This document shows positions 44,475-54,483 of a DNA stretch of 61,612 bases, piece by piece; positions within the stretch are counted from its first letter, which is position 1; every line of letters starts with the position of its first letter. Source of the DNA: Candidatus Limnocylindrales bacterium (GTDB lineage: Bacteria; Chloroflexota; Limnocylindria; Limnocylindrales; CSP1-4); assembly GCA_037720745.1 (NCBI GenBank), contig JBBJNS010000001.1:1-61612 (forward strand). Reading direction: 5' to 3'. The translations under genes were made by a program, and so were the position numbers. The notes below the pieces were generated by a model, which did no database searches, was not told where the DNA came from, and was given only the letters and a program-made list of their open reading frames with translations.

Positions 44475-44980
44475 CAGGCCTGCTCCGGCCGGCTGGGCGA
44501 ACCATCGACGCGCGCGAGTTCCTGGCCGTATTCCACGGCCTCGCCGGCCTCCACCACGATCCGGCCCAGCATCCCATCAGACGTGGCCACCACGTCGTGG
44601 CGGATGCCCAGCACATCGACATGGCCCAGCATATCGCCAGCGCGGACGCTGCGCCCCACATCGAGTCCCTCCCCCGGCTGGAAGTAGCCCACGGCGGGCG
44701 ACGTGACCATCGATCGGTCGGCGTGACCACCGTCCCCCTCGGCACGGCGCTCCTTCTCCGCGGCGCGGCCGTCGCGCGCTTCGCGGGGACCGACCGTGCT
44801 CGCCACGCCGTCGGCTCGACGGAGACGGACGCGCCAGTCCCCATGCCGGACCTCCAGCTCGCCCAGGCCGCCGCCGCTGAAGCGGGCGATGAGGGCGGGC
44901 AGCACGTCGTCCGCGACGCGCCTCAGCTCGCGCTGCGCGGCCTCGCCGTCCAGTGGCGCCGGCGGGGACTCGTGGGGCAC
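44474..44980 (-). CDS. BCCP-like biotinyl-domain protein lacking the biotinylated lysine (BADC-like)
   Basis: 168 aa. MVTSPAVGYFQPGEGLDVGRSVRAGDMLGHVDVLGIRHDVVATSDGMLGRIVVEAGEAVEYGQELARVD aligns to the BCCP C-terminal domain. The AMKM hairpin is replaced by VLGI, with K changed to G. The gene occupies the classical accB position immediately 5' of accC (1-nt overlap). Confidence 0.7.
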   Translation of the reverse strand: MPHESPPAPLDGEAAQRELRRVADDVLPALIARFSGGGLGELEVRHGDWRVRLRRADGVASTVGPREARDGRAAEKERRAEGDGGHADRSMVTSPAVGYFQPGEGLDVGRSVRAGDMLGHVDVLGIRHDVVATSDGMLGRIVVEAGEAVEYGQELARVDGSPSRPEQA

Positions 44981-45993
44981 TACACGTCCTCCCGCAAGGG
45001 CGGCTCGTCCTGATCATCAGCGGCTTCGGGACGGAGCGGACCCTGCTCCGCGCCCAGGATGCCGCGGCTTGAGCCGAGCCGCATGCGCAGGCGGTCGGCC
45101 AGGCTCTGTCGCTCGGGCCGCGGCGTCACCACCGAGCCGCTGTCGGCGAAGGCGCCCATCCGCCGGAAGCGGTCGTAGCGCTCCTGAAGCAGCTCGTCCA
45201 GGTCGCGCGGCATCAGCCTGTCGAGCTGCGTCACGATCTGGGCGCCCAGCCGACGGGCGGTCTCCTCGGGCGCGGCGTGGGCGCCCTCTGTCGGTTCGCC
45301 GACCACGACATCGATGACACCCAGTGCCTGTTGTTCGCCGGCCGTCAGTCGCATGGCGACGGCCGCCTGCTGGGCCGCCTCGGGCGCGCGCCACAGGATG
45401 GAAGCGCAGCCTTCCGGGGAGATGACCGAATAGATGGCGTTCTCCAGTGCGATGACCACGTCACCTACGGCGATGGCCAGCGCGCCGCCGGAGCCGCCCT
45501 CCCCGGTGATGACACAGACGATGGGCGTGCGCAGACCGGCCATCACGCCGATGGAGCGGGCGATGGCCTCGGCCACACCGCGCTCCTCCGATGCCGCGCC
45601 AGGATAGGCACCGGGTGTATCGATCAGGGTCACCACGGGCAGGCCCAGGCGTTCGGCCAGCTGGAAGAGCCGCATCGCCTTGCGGTACCCCTCGGCATGG
45701 GGCATGCCGAAGTTGCGCCTGACGTTCTCCTCGACCTCCGAGCCTTTCTGCTGGCCGACGAAGACGACGCGGTGCTCACCGATGCGGCAGAAACCACCGA
45801 CCAGCGCCGGATCGTCCCCGAAGAGCCGGTCGCCGTGTAGCTCGATGACGTCGGTGGCCATCATGCCCACCAGCTCCAGCGTGTGCGGCCGCTTGACATC
45901 GCGTGCCTGCTGGACCCGCGCCCAGACCGCTTCGCGCAGCGCCTCATGGTCCACCCGATGAGGCTGGACGAGTCCGCCCTCGGCGGGCGGCAT
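44980..45993 (-). CDS. accA: Acetyl-CoA carboxylase carboxyltransferase alpha subunit
   Basis: Motifs are GGFCRIGEHRVVFVGQQKG, NFGMPHAEGYRKAMRL and LIDTPGAYPG. ATG 45993 is preferred because it is preceded by GAGG. The track ORF extends to 46086 and overlaps accD. Confidence 0.85.
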   Translation of the reverse strand: MPPAEGGLVQPHRVDHEALREAVWARVQQARDVKRPHTLELVGMMATDVIELHGDRLFGDDPALVGGFCRIGEHRVVFVGQQKGSEVEENVRRNFGMPHAEGYRKAMRLFQLAERLGLPVVTLIDTPGAYPGAASEERGVAEAIARSIGVMAGLRTPIVCVITGEGGSGGALAIAVGDVVIALENAIYSVISPEGCASILWRAPEAAQQAAVAMRLTAGEQQALGVIDVVVGEPTEGAHAAPEETARRLGAQIVTQLDRLMPRDLDELLQERYDRFRRMGAFADSGSVVTPRPERQSLADRLRMRLGSSRGILGAEQGPLRPEAADDQDEPPLREDV

Positions 45994-46003
45994 GTGCGTG
46001 GCC

Positions 46004-46959
<956 letters not shown>

Positions 46960-46960
<1 letters not shown>

Positions 46961-47403
46961 CAGACAGCGCGCCCACCGGTCAGGCCGGACGGGGCGGCCG
47001 CTCCCCTGCCCCGGCGCCAGGCCAGCAGCGCGGCGCCCGCGATGGACACTCCCGAGGCGATGGCACCACCCACCAGCAGGCTGCGCGCACGCCGGTCATT
47101 CGAGTCGACGCTCGCGTCCGACAGCGGAGCCGCGCCGGGGAAGGCCACCAGCTCGCCGGCCGACAGGGTCGCACCGTAGCCGGCAGCCTCCGATCGCAGC
47201 CGGCCCGCCAGTCGTTCCTCGAAGTGGAAGGAGGGTCGGAAGCGGGGTAGCACTCGGTCGAGCAGATCGGCCGTCAGGCGGAGGGAGGGCGCCAACTCGG
47301 TCGAGGACACCGGCGTGAGCTCGGTCGGTCGTGACCCGGCACGCCTGGCCAGCAGGCGCTCGAGATAGATATCCGTAGCCATCGCTTGCCGCTCGCCCAT
47401 CAC
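46960..47403 (-). CDS. Putative anti-sigma factor (single C-terminal TM segment, very short extracytoplasmic tail)
   Basis: 147 aa. Its start overlaps the stop of the ECF sigma gene (ATGA at 47400-47403). The TM segment is LLVGGAIASGVSIAGAALLAW. There is no HxxxCxxC zinc motif. The assignment rests on position and topology only. Confidence 0.5.
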
Positions 47404-48017
47404 GAGGATCGCGAAGGCCGCGCCGGCCGCGATCCATCCATCTGCTCGGCCACGCTGTGCAGGGCGCGGTGCACCAGCACGCGGACGGCACCCTCCGAGC
47501 GGCCCATGACCTGGCCGATCTCGCGCGTGCTCAACTCCTCCACGAAACGCAGCGTGAGTGCGCGCCGTCGGTCCGCCGGCAGCCGCTCGATGGCGGTCCA
47601 GGCGCGCGCCACCAGGTCTCTGGTGACGACTTCCTGAGCAGGATCGTCGGTGGCGGCGATGGCCAGTGCATCGTCCAGCGGCTCGGTCGGGTGACGTCGC
47701 GCCCGGCGCCGCTCGTTGGAGAGGGCGTTGCGAGCGATGCGAAAGAGCCAGACGCGGAACGTGGAGGCATCACCGTCGCCTTGCTCCCGGAAGCGGGGCA
47801 GTCCGTGCAGTGCCCGGAGGAAGACCTGCTCGGTCAGATCCTCGGCAGCGTGCGGGTCACGGGTCTCGTAGAGGGCGAAGCTATACACCTGGGCCACGTA
47901 CTTGCGATAGAGCGCGTCGAATGCGCCATGGTCACGACGAGCGGCTTCCACGGCAGGACGGTCCGCGTCATAGGGGATCGGGCGTTGGGGCGCCTCTTCC
48001 CTCCCTCTACCGAACAC
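47400..48017 (-). CDS. ECF-type RNA polymerase sigma factor
   Basis: 205 aa. Region 2 reads FDALYRKYVAQVYSFA..DLTQEVFLRA. Region 4 reads LPADRRRALTLRFVEELSTREIGQVMGRSEGAVRVLVHRAL. Confidence 0.85.
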   Translation of the reverse strand: MFGRGREEAPQRPIPYDADRPAVEAARRDHGAFDALYRKYVAQVYSFALYETRDPHAAEDLTEQVFLRALHGLPRFREQGDGDASTFRVWLFRIARNALSNERRRARRHPTEPLDDALAIAATDDPAQEVVTRDLVARAWTAIERLPADRRRALTLRFVEELSTREIGQVMGRSEGAVRVLVHRALHSVAEQMDGSRPARPSRSS

Positions 48018-48023
48018 CGGGGC

Positions 48024-48029
48024 AGTCTA
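48024..48029 (-). promoter_or_regulatory. -10-like TAGACT, 6 nt upstream of the sigma-factor GTG 48017
   Basis: Forward agtcta at 48024-48029, in the 38-nt gap after birA. Confidence 0.45.
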
Positions 48030-48055
48030 TCCGTTACGCCGATGCGCTCCCCGGC

Positions 48056-48880
48056 TCACCCCTTGCCGGGTCCGGGCGTAGATCGACTTGGTAGCTCGAC
48101 GACACGGCAGCGGACCACCTCGCCGGAGTCGACGGCCAGCGCACTCCCATCTCTTTCATCCTCGACCAGCAGGGCGCCCGACTCAGGGTCGACGCCCACC
48201 GCCAGGCCGCTGACGAGGCTTCCGCCGAGGTCGACCTCCACGCGTCGGCCGATGATGCGCTGGCGCCTGGTCCAGCCGCCGGCATCGAAGGCGCCCGCTG
48301 TGAGCGCTTCCAAACGAGGCTCAAGCCGCGCCAGCCAACCCTCGAGCAGGACATCGCGGTCGACCGGCCGACCGGCCGATATCTCGCGCAGGCTGGTCAT
48401 GAAGGGAGCCAGGTCAGCGGGGAAAGATGCCGTGGACCAATCGACGTTGACGCCGATGCCGATCACCGCGCTCTCGACCCGATCACCATCGGACTGGCTC
48501 TCGCCCAGGACACCCGCCAGCTTGAGCAGCCGGCCGTCCGGCCCGTCTGCCACCAGGTCGTTGGGCCACTTGATCCAGAGCGTGGCGTCGCGCAGCCCGG
48601 CAGCCGCCTCGGCCGCGTCCATCATGGCCAGCGTGACCGTCGCCGCCAGGCGCCAGGCGTGGCGCAGAGCCAAGCCGCTCGGCGTGAAACCGGCCGAGAC
48701 GAGGAGCGCCGCGCCGGGCGGAGCGGACCAGTCCCGATCCAGCCGGCCCCGACCGGCGGTCTGCTCGTCCGCGACCGCGACACAAACGCCCTGCGTGCCC
48801 TCTGCCAGCCACTCGCGCACGATGCGCTGGGTGGAGTCGACCCGCCCGAAGCGCTCCAGCCTGCTGGGAAAGCTCGTCAT
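48056..48880 (-). CDS. birA: Biotin-[acetyl-CoA-carboxylase] ligase, class I (no N-terminal HTH)
   Basis: 274 aa with the motif GRGRLDRDWSAPPGAALLVS. It begins directly with the catalytic domain. There is an ATGA overlap with the thrB stop. Confidence 0.85.
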   Translation of the reverse strand: MTSFPSRLERFGRVDSTQRIVREWLAEGTQGVCVAVADEQTAGRGRLDRDWSAPPGAALLVSAGFTPSGLALRHAWRLAATVTLAMMDAAEAAAGLRDATLWIKWPNDLVADGPDGRLLKLAGVLGESQSDGDRVESAVIGIGVNVDWSTASFPADLAPFMTSLREISAGRPVDRDVLLEGWLARLEPRLEALTAGAFDAGGWTRRQRIIGRRVEVDLGGSLVSGLAVGVDPESGALLVEDERDGSALAVDSGEVVRCRVVELPSRSTPGPGKG

Positions 48881-49857
48881 GTCGCGAGTGTGGCCGGGGG
48901 CCCGATGCCGATGACCCCCTGCGAGCGCGGCCGGAGGATCAGCGAACGACCGGTCAGCCCCGCCGCTGCTGCGGCGCGCTCCAGCGCCGTGGCCACGTGC
49001 GCCGCCAGATCGGGCCGATCGGCGAAGGCGAGGATGCTCGATCCAGCGCCGGAGAGGCAGGCACCCAGCGCCCCCGCGGCACGGGCCGCCGCGACGAGAT
49101 GGGGCAGCTCCGGATAGACCGCCGCTCGGTAGGGTTCGTGCAGACGATCGTCCGTCGCGGCGTCCATCAGCTCCATGCGGCCGCTGGCCATGGCGGCCAC
49201 CGCCAGTGCCGCTCGAGCTACGTTGTGTACGGCGTCGCTGCGCGGCACAGGATCCGGAAGCACGGCGCGCATGCGCTCGGTGGAAAGGGTCCGGTCCGGC
49301 ACGAAGAGCACCGCCAGCAGACCGGGCGGCGGCTCGAAACGTGCCGTCAGGAGCCTCTCCGGCGACCGCGCAAGCCGGCCCTCCGTCGAGTCGTCACGCG
49401 CCCGCGCCGCGACCGTGAAGCCGCCGTGGATAGCCGCCACGACATTGTCCGGGTGCCCCTCGAGCTCCGCGGCCAGCTCGAGCATCCGCTCAGCCGCCAT
49501 CACGCCGCCGCCCGCCAGGAGATCGGCCGCCGCCAGCCCGCCGACCGTAGCTGCCGCCGACGAGCCCAGGCCGCGCGACAGGGGGATCGCGTTGTGCATC
49601 CTCACGCGCCAGGCGAGGCCAGCCGTGTCGGGACCGCCCACCTCGGCCAGCCCGCGCCGAAGCGCCTGGCTGAAGCGGTCAGAGCCGTCGCCGGGGATCG
49701 AGTCGGCGCCCTCGCCCTCGACCGTCAGGGAGATGCTTCCGGGCGGCAGGTCGGCAGCGCCGTCCACGCTGAAGATGTCGGCCAGGTCCAGCGCCAGCGC
49801 GAGCGTATCGAAGCCGGCCCCCAGGTTGGCGCTCGAGGCCGGCACGTCGACCGTCAC
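48877..49857 (-). CDS. thrB: Homoserine kinase
   Basis: GHMP kinase with motifs VDVPASSANLGAGFDTLALAL and PLSRGLGSSAAATVGG. The start is uncertain: GTG 49857 or TTG 49878. The track ORF to 50073 overlaps thrC. Confidence 0.8.
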   Translation of the reverse strand: MTVDVPASSANLGAGFDTLALALDLADIFSVDGAADLPPGSISLTVEGEGADSIPGDGSDRFSQALRRGLAEVGGPDTAGLAWRVRMHNAIPLSRGLGSSAAATVGGLAAADLLAGGGVMAAERMLELAAELEGHPDNVVAAIHGGFTVAARARDDSTEGRLARSPERLLTARFEPPPGLLAVLFVPDRTLSTERMRAVLPDPVPRSDAVHNVARAALAVAAMASGRMELMDAATDDRLHEPYRAAVYPELPHLVAAARAAGALGACLSGAGSSILAFADRPDLAAHVATALERAAAAAGLTGRSLILRPRSQGVIGIGPPATLAT

Positions 49858-49885
49858 CGGTCCACGCGCGGCGGTCAAGGCTCGT

Positions 49886-51004
49886 TCACCAGCCCAGGGC
49901 CCGCCGTACTCCAGCGGCAGACGGCTCCGCCTCGACCACCGGCAGCCGGGCCTCGCGGCGCGCCGTGTCGGGATCCTTGAGGCCGTTACCGGTGAGCACG
50001 CAGACGATGGTCGCGCCCGGATCGATGGCGCCCTCCGCGGCCAGCTTGCGCACGCCGGCCACGGAGGCCGCACTGGATGGCTCGCAGAAGATGCCCTCGT
50101 AACGTGCCAGGTCGCGGTAGGCGTCCAGGATCTCTTCGTCGGTCACCGCTTCGATGCGACCGCTGGACTCGTCGCGAGCCCGCAGCGCTGCTTCGCCGCT
50201 GGCCGGGTCGCCGATGCGGATCGCCGTGGCCACGGTGGTAGGTTCGTAGACGCGATGCCCTGACACCAGCGGCGCCGCGCCCGCCGCCTGGAAGCCCAGC
50301 ATGACGGGACGCGTCTCTACCAGACCGGCCGAGCGGTACTCGCTGAAGCCCTTCCAATAGGCCGTGATGTTGCCCGCGTTGCCGACCGGGATGGCCAGGT
50401 AGTCGGGCGCGCCGCCCAGGTCCTCGCAGACCTCGAAGGCGGCGGTCTTCTGGCCCTCGATGCGGAACGGGTTGACCGAGTTGACGAGGGTCATGGGCTG
50501 CCGCGGGTCGGGGTCCTCCATAAGCTCGCGCACTGCCCGTAGCGCGCCATCGAAGCCGCCTTCGACGGCCACCACCCGAGCCCCGGCGGCCTGCGCCTGG
50601 AGCAGCTTGCCGGCAGCGACCTGTCCGCGTGGCAGCACCACGATCACCTCCAAGCCGGCGTGGGCTCCGTACGCCGCGGCGGAGGCGGCCGTATTGCCGG
50701 TCGAGGCGCAGATCAAGGCCCGGCTGCCCTCCTGCATGGCTTTGGCCACGGCCAGCACCATGCCCCGATCCTTGAACGACCCGGTGGGGTTCTGACCCTC
50801 GACCTTGAGCTGGAGCATGGGACAGCCGATGGCGCGTCCCAGCGTGCGCGCGTGGACCAAGGGCGTGAAGCCCTCGCCCAGCGAGATGAAGGGCGTGGCG
50901 GGATCGACCGGCAGGAAGGCCTCGAAGCGCTGGAGCAGGCGCGGCCGGGCACCGGCACGTGATTGCTGCTGGCGTAGCTGCCGAAGGACGTCGCTCATGC
51001 GCAT
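49886..51004 (-). CDS. thrC: Threonine synthase
   Basis: 372 aa with the PLP-lysine motif NPTGSFKDRGM. Confidence 0.9.
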   Translation of the reverse strand: MRMSDVLRQLRQQQSRAGARPRLLQRFEAFLPVDPATPFISLGEGFTPLVHARTLGRAIGCPMLQLKVEGQNPTGSFKDRGMVLAVAKAMQEGSRALICASTGNTAASAAAYGAHAGLEVIVVLPRGQVAAGKLLQAQAAGARVVAVEGGFDGALRAVRELMEDPDPRQPMTLVNSVNPFRIEGQKTAAFEVCEDLGGAPDYLAIPVGNAGNITAYWKGFSEYRSAGLVETRPVMLGFQAAGAAPLVSGHRVYEPTTVATAIRIGDPASGEAALRARDESSGRIEAVTDEEILDAYRDLARYEGIFCEPSSAASVAGVRKLAAEGAIDPGATIVCVLTGNGLKDPDTARREARLPVVEAEPSAAGVRRALGW

Positions 51005-51010
51005 CTGGCG

Positions 51011-51016
51011 AGCGTA
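51011..51016 (-). promoter_or_regulatory. -10-like TACGCT, 6 nt upstream of the thrC ATG 51004
   Basis: Forward agcgta at 51011-51016. Confidence 0.35.
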
Positions 51017-51082
51017 TCAGCGCAGAGCGGTGCTCATCCGGTACTCGACAAGCACCCCCAGCTTCGGCACGCTCCCCCACGG

Positions 51083-51088
51083 TAGACT
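51083..51088 (+). promoter_or_regulatory. -10-like TAGACT, 7 nt upstream of the trpS GTG 51096
   Basis: Read directly. Confidence 0.45.
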
Positions 51089-51095
51089 CGGCGCC

Positions 51096-52121
51096 GTGAG
51101 TGCGACGATCCCCCTACCAGCTCTCAGCGCGGCCCCGTCACGTCCGGCCGGGCGCGTCTTCAGCGGCGTGCAACCGTCGGGCCTGCCGCACATCGGGAAC
51201 TATCTGGGTGCGTTTCGGAACTACATCGCGATGCAGGAGTCGAACGATGCCATCTACTGCATCGTCGACTATCACGCGCTGACCTCGACACACGATGGCG
51301 AGCTCATCCGGCGCAACGCGCACGAGATGGCGCTGGGGCTCCTGTCACTCGGCCTCGACCCGCAGAAAGCGGTCCTCTTCCGTCAATCCGATCGACCTGA
51401 GCACACCGATCTGGCGTATCTCCTCTCCACCGTGGTGCCCGTCTCGTGGGTAGAGCGCACGCCATCGTTCAAGGAAAAGAAGCGCGACCAGCCCGACGAT
51501 GTGAATCACGCGCTGCTCACCTATCCCGTGCTCCAGACCGCCGACATCGCGATGTATCACGCGCGGTACGTGCCGGTCGGTCGCGATCAGGCGGCGCACC
51601 TCGAGTTGGCGCGCGAGATCGTGCGTGCCTGGAACTCCCGCTACGGCGACTTCTTCATCGAACCCGAGGCGGTCTTCACTGATTCGCCCGTGGTGAAGGG
51701 CACGGACGGCACCCAGAAGATGTCCAAGTCGACCGGCAACGTGGTAGAGGTATTCGCCGAGGAGGCGACCATCCGGAAGCAGATCATGAGCATGGTCACG
51801 GACACGCAGCGCATCGTGCGGTCGGACCCCGGCCGGCCCGAGGTGTGCAACGTGTGCCAGCTCCACCGCTTCTTCGGTGAGGACTACGAGTCGGTCTGGG
51901 AAGGAGAGCGGACCGCGCGCACGGGTTGCGTGGACACCAAGCGCCTGCTGGGGGATCGGATCCTGGACTTCTTCGCCGAGGCACGTGAACGCCGGCGGGA
52001 CATCGAGTCGCGTCCCGGATACGTGGAGGAGGTGCTGCGGGCCGGCGCCGAGCGCCTCGCTCCCATGGCCCGAGAGACGATGCGCGAGGTCCGTGCGCGG
52101 ATGGGCCTCGGACGTTCCTGA
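51096..52121 (+). CDS. trpS: Tryptophan--tRNA ligase
   Basis: Motifs are VFSGVQPSGLPHIGNYLG (HIGH-type) and KMSKS. The track ORF starts further upstream at 50805, antisense to thrC. Confidence 0.9.
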   Translation: MSATIPLPALSAAPSRPAGRVFSGVQPSGLPHIGNYLGAFRNYIAMQESNDAIYCIVDYHALTSTHDGELIRRNAHEMALGLLSLGLDPQKAVLFRQSDRPEHTDLAYLLSTVVPVSWVERTPSFKEKKRDQPDDVNHALLTYPVLQTADIAMYHARYVPVGRDQAAHLELAREIVRAWNSRYGDFFIEPEAVFTDSPVVKGTDGTQKMSKSTGNVVEVFAEEATIRKQIMSMVTDTQRIVRSDPGRPEVCNVCQLHRFFGEDYESVWEGERTARTGCVDTKRLLGDRILDFFAEARERRRDIESRPGYVEEVLRAGAERLAPMARETMREVRARMGLGRS

Positions 52122-52161
52122 TGCAGGAGCGCGGGTCGACCGGCCGGTCATGCCGCCGCGC

Positions 52162-52167
52162 TAGACT
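52162..52167 (+). promoter_or_regulatory. -10-like TAGACT, 9 nt upstream of GTG 52177
   Basis: Read directly. Confidence 0.45.
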
Positions 52168-52176
52168 CGGCCCACC

Positions 52177-53421
52177 GTGAACAGCCAGCCGCTCCTGCCC
52201 GAGTCGGAACGCCGATGGCTCCATGCCCTGCTCGTGCTGGGTACGTTCGTGCTCGGCTTCCTCCTGCTGGGGATGGTCGCCGAGGTCCTGATCTTCTTCA
52301 GCGACATCCTCTTCATCCTGGTGATGGCCTGGCTGCTGGCCTTCGTGCTGTCGCCCATCGTGTCGGTCGTCCTGCGCGCCTTCCCGACCCTGCCGCGCGG
52401 CCTGGTCACCATCCTCGTCTACCTGGTGATCTTCATCATGCTGACCGTAGTCGTGGTGCTGACGGCACAGAGCCTGGTTTCGTCCATCGCGGGCTTCATC
52501 ACCGAGTTGCCCACCTTGAATGCGCGTCTGCCGGAGATCCTGGCGCCCTGGCAGGAGCGACTCCAAGGCTTCGGGCTCAACGTCGATCTGGTCGCGGCGT
52601 TCCAATCGGTCCTGAACGGCTTGGCGGGCTTCGGTGGCGATCTCGTCACACCGCTGGCGGGCCTCGCCGTAGCCAGCCTGGGTGCCTTCGGCAACCTCCT
52701 GCTGATCGTCTTCCTGTCGCTGTTCATCCTCATGGACAAGGACAGCATGGTTGCGTTCATGAACCGGATGATCCCCCCGCGTTGGGCCGATGAGGCGCGC
52801 CTCTTCCAGACGAGCGTGGCTTCCTCTTTCGGCGGCTTCATGCGCGGGCAAGCCATCCAGGGCATCATCTACGCGGCCTTCGCCGTCGCCACGCACCTCG
52901 TCCTGGGACTCGACTTCATGCCCGCTTCGGCCGCCCTGGTGGGCCTGCTCCAGGCGCTGCCCTTCTTCGGCGCGTTCGTGTCGTGGGCGCCACCCGTGGT
53001 CGTCGCCGCACTGACCAACCCCGGAGCGCTGCTGCCCGCCGCCGTGATCATGGCAGTGGGCTGGTTCATCGTGATGAACATCGTTCAGCCGCGAGTGATG
53101 GCCAGCGCGGTGGGCATCCACCCGGTGGTCGTCCTCGCTTCCGTGCTCATCGGGCTCAAGCTGTACGGCGTGACCGGCGCGATCTTCGCGGTGCCTGTCG
53201 CGGCCGTCATCTCGTCCTTCTTCTTCTTTTATCTGAACCGGAGCGGCGGTCCTCGTGATGTGACGTCACGCGCTGCTCGCCGCGTGGAGCAACGAGAGGG
53301 CCGGCGCGTGCGCGTCCCGGCGGCCCCGGCGCTCGAGTCATCCGAGGGACCGGCCTCGAGCCCGGCGAAGGATCCGCCTCCGAGCCCGGCGAAGGATCCG
53401 CCGTCGGATCCCACGCAATGA
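52177..53421 (+). CDS. AI-2E family (PerM/UPF0118) transporter
   Basis: 414 aa with about 8 TM segments and a family-typical layout. The tail is hydrophilic, proline-rich and contains a repeat. Confidence 0.8.
   Translation: MNSQPLLPESERRWLHALLVLGTFVLGFLLLGMVAEVLIFFSDILFILVMAWLLAFVLSPIVSVVLRAFPTLPRGLVTILVYLVIFIMLTVVVVLTAQSLVSSIAGFITELPTLNARLPEILAPWQERLQGFGLNVDLVAAFQSVLNGLAGFGGDLVTPLAGLAVASLGAFGNLLLIVFLSLFILMDKDSMVAFMNRMIPPRWADEARLFQTSVASSFGGFMRGQAIQGIIYAAFAVATHLVLGLDFMPASAALVGLLQALPFFGAFVSWAPPVVVAALTNPGALLPAAVIMAVGWFIVMNIVQPRVMASAVGIHPVVVLASVLIGLKLYGVTGAIFAVPVAAVISSFFFFYLNRSGGPRDVTSRAARRVEQREGRRVRVPAAPALESSEGPASSPAKDPPPSPAKDPPSDPTQ
53355..53402. repeat. Near-perfect 2 x 24-bp tandem repeat (core cgagcccggcgaaggatccgcc)
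   Basis: The cores at 53357-53378 and 53381-53402 are identical. They encode SPAKDPP x2 in the transporter tail. Confidence 0.85.
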
Positions 53422-54434
53422 TCGGTGACGACGGCCAGCGAGAGCGCAGCCGCATCGAGGGCCGCTCCATGGATCGCGACATGGGCGAGCCGCGGGCGGC
53501 TGGTGAACGCACGGCGCGCGCGCCACGCTCGCGGTCGCTCTCGCCGCGCCCGCTCAGCGAGTGGACGTCGCGGCCGCGCATCCTGGTCACCAACGATGAC
53601 GGCATCGAGTCGCGCGGACTGCTGGCCCTGGCACAGTCCCTCAAGCCGATCGGTGACGTGTATGTGGTCGCCCCCGAAACCAATCAATCGGCGGTGGGCC
53701 ACCAGAAGACCTTCATGCGGCCTCTGCGCGTTCGAGAGCGTACCTTGGCCGATGGGTCGACCGGCTGGTCGGTCGACGGCTCACCGACCGATGCCGTCAG
53801 CCTCGCCTTTCTGGGCTACTTCGAGATCACCTTCGATCTGGTCGCCTCGGGCATCAACTACGGGGCCAACCTGGGCGATGACGTGACGTATTCCGGGACG
53901 GTCAGCGCTGCCATGGAGGCCGTCATCAACGAGTGCCCCGCCTTCGCGATCTCGCAGGAGTACTACGAGCACCCCGATTTCCTGCTGGCCAGCCGCATGG
54001 CGCACCTGACCGCCACCAACATCCTGGAGCACGGCCTGGCCCCCGGCGAGCTGCTCAACATCAACGTGCCGGCCGTGGCGCCGGACGACTGCCAGGGCAT
54101 CGAGGTCACGCGCATGGGCAAGCGCATCTATCAGGATGAGCTCATCGAGCGGCTCGATCCGCGCGGCATCCCCTACTATTGGATCGGCGGCCCGCCACCG
54201 TCCGGCGTGGCGGAGGACGGCACGGACTTCGCGGCCGTGGTCAACAAGCGCATCGCCATCACGCCCATCCACCTCGATCTCACGGCACGTCGCCTGCTGT
54301 CGCGGCTCCAGACGTGGGACTGGGAGCTGCCGCCGGAGGTCACGCCGGCCGCTGCCCATGCTGATACGGCCGTCGACGCGGCCGCCGACGAAGTAGTCAC
54401 CGCCCAAGCTGACCCCGCCGCCGAGCGCCGCTGA
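53418..54434 (+). CDS. surE: 5'/3'-nucleotidase SurE
   Basis: Motif RILVTNDDGIESRGLLALAQSL..VVAPETNQSAVG. The listed ATG overlaps the upstream stop (ATGA), which gives an Arg-rich N-terminal extension of about 55 aa. The true start is uncertain. Confidence 0.85.
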   Translation: MIGDDGQRERSRIEGRSMDRDMGEPRAAGERTARAPRSRSLSPRPLSEWTSRPRILVTNDDGIESRGLLALAQSLKPIGDVYVVAPETNQSAVGHQKTFMRPLRVRERTLADGSTGWSVDGSPTDAVSLAFLGYFEITFDLVASGINYGANLGDDVTYSGTVSAAMEAVINECPAFAISQEYYEHPDFLLASRMAHLTATNILEHGLAPGELLNINVPAVAPDDCQGIEVTRMGKRIYQDELIERLDPRGIPYYWIGGPPPSGVAEDGTDFAAVVNKRIAITPIHLDLTARRLLSRLQTWDWELPPEVTPAAAHADTAVDAAADEVVTAQADPAAERR

Positions 54435-54483
54435 CACCGCCGCTTCGTCCGCTCGTGGCCAAGCATCGGCCGGCGGACCACCG

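Noticed and set aside
51005-51095. T-box leader upstream of trpS
   Set aside because: The divergent gap is only about 90 nt. A TAGACT box lies 7 nt from the trpS GTG, leaving no room for a T-box of 200 nt or more.
51796-53121. 441-aa minus-strand ORF rich in H/Q/D/E/R
   Set aside because: It is antisense to the AI-2E transporter and to the 3' end of trpS. It is low-complexity and has no motif, so it is a typical high-GC shadow ORF.
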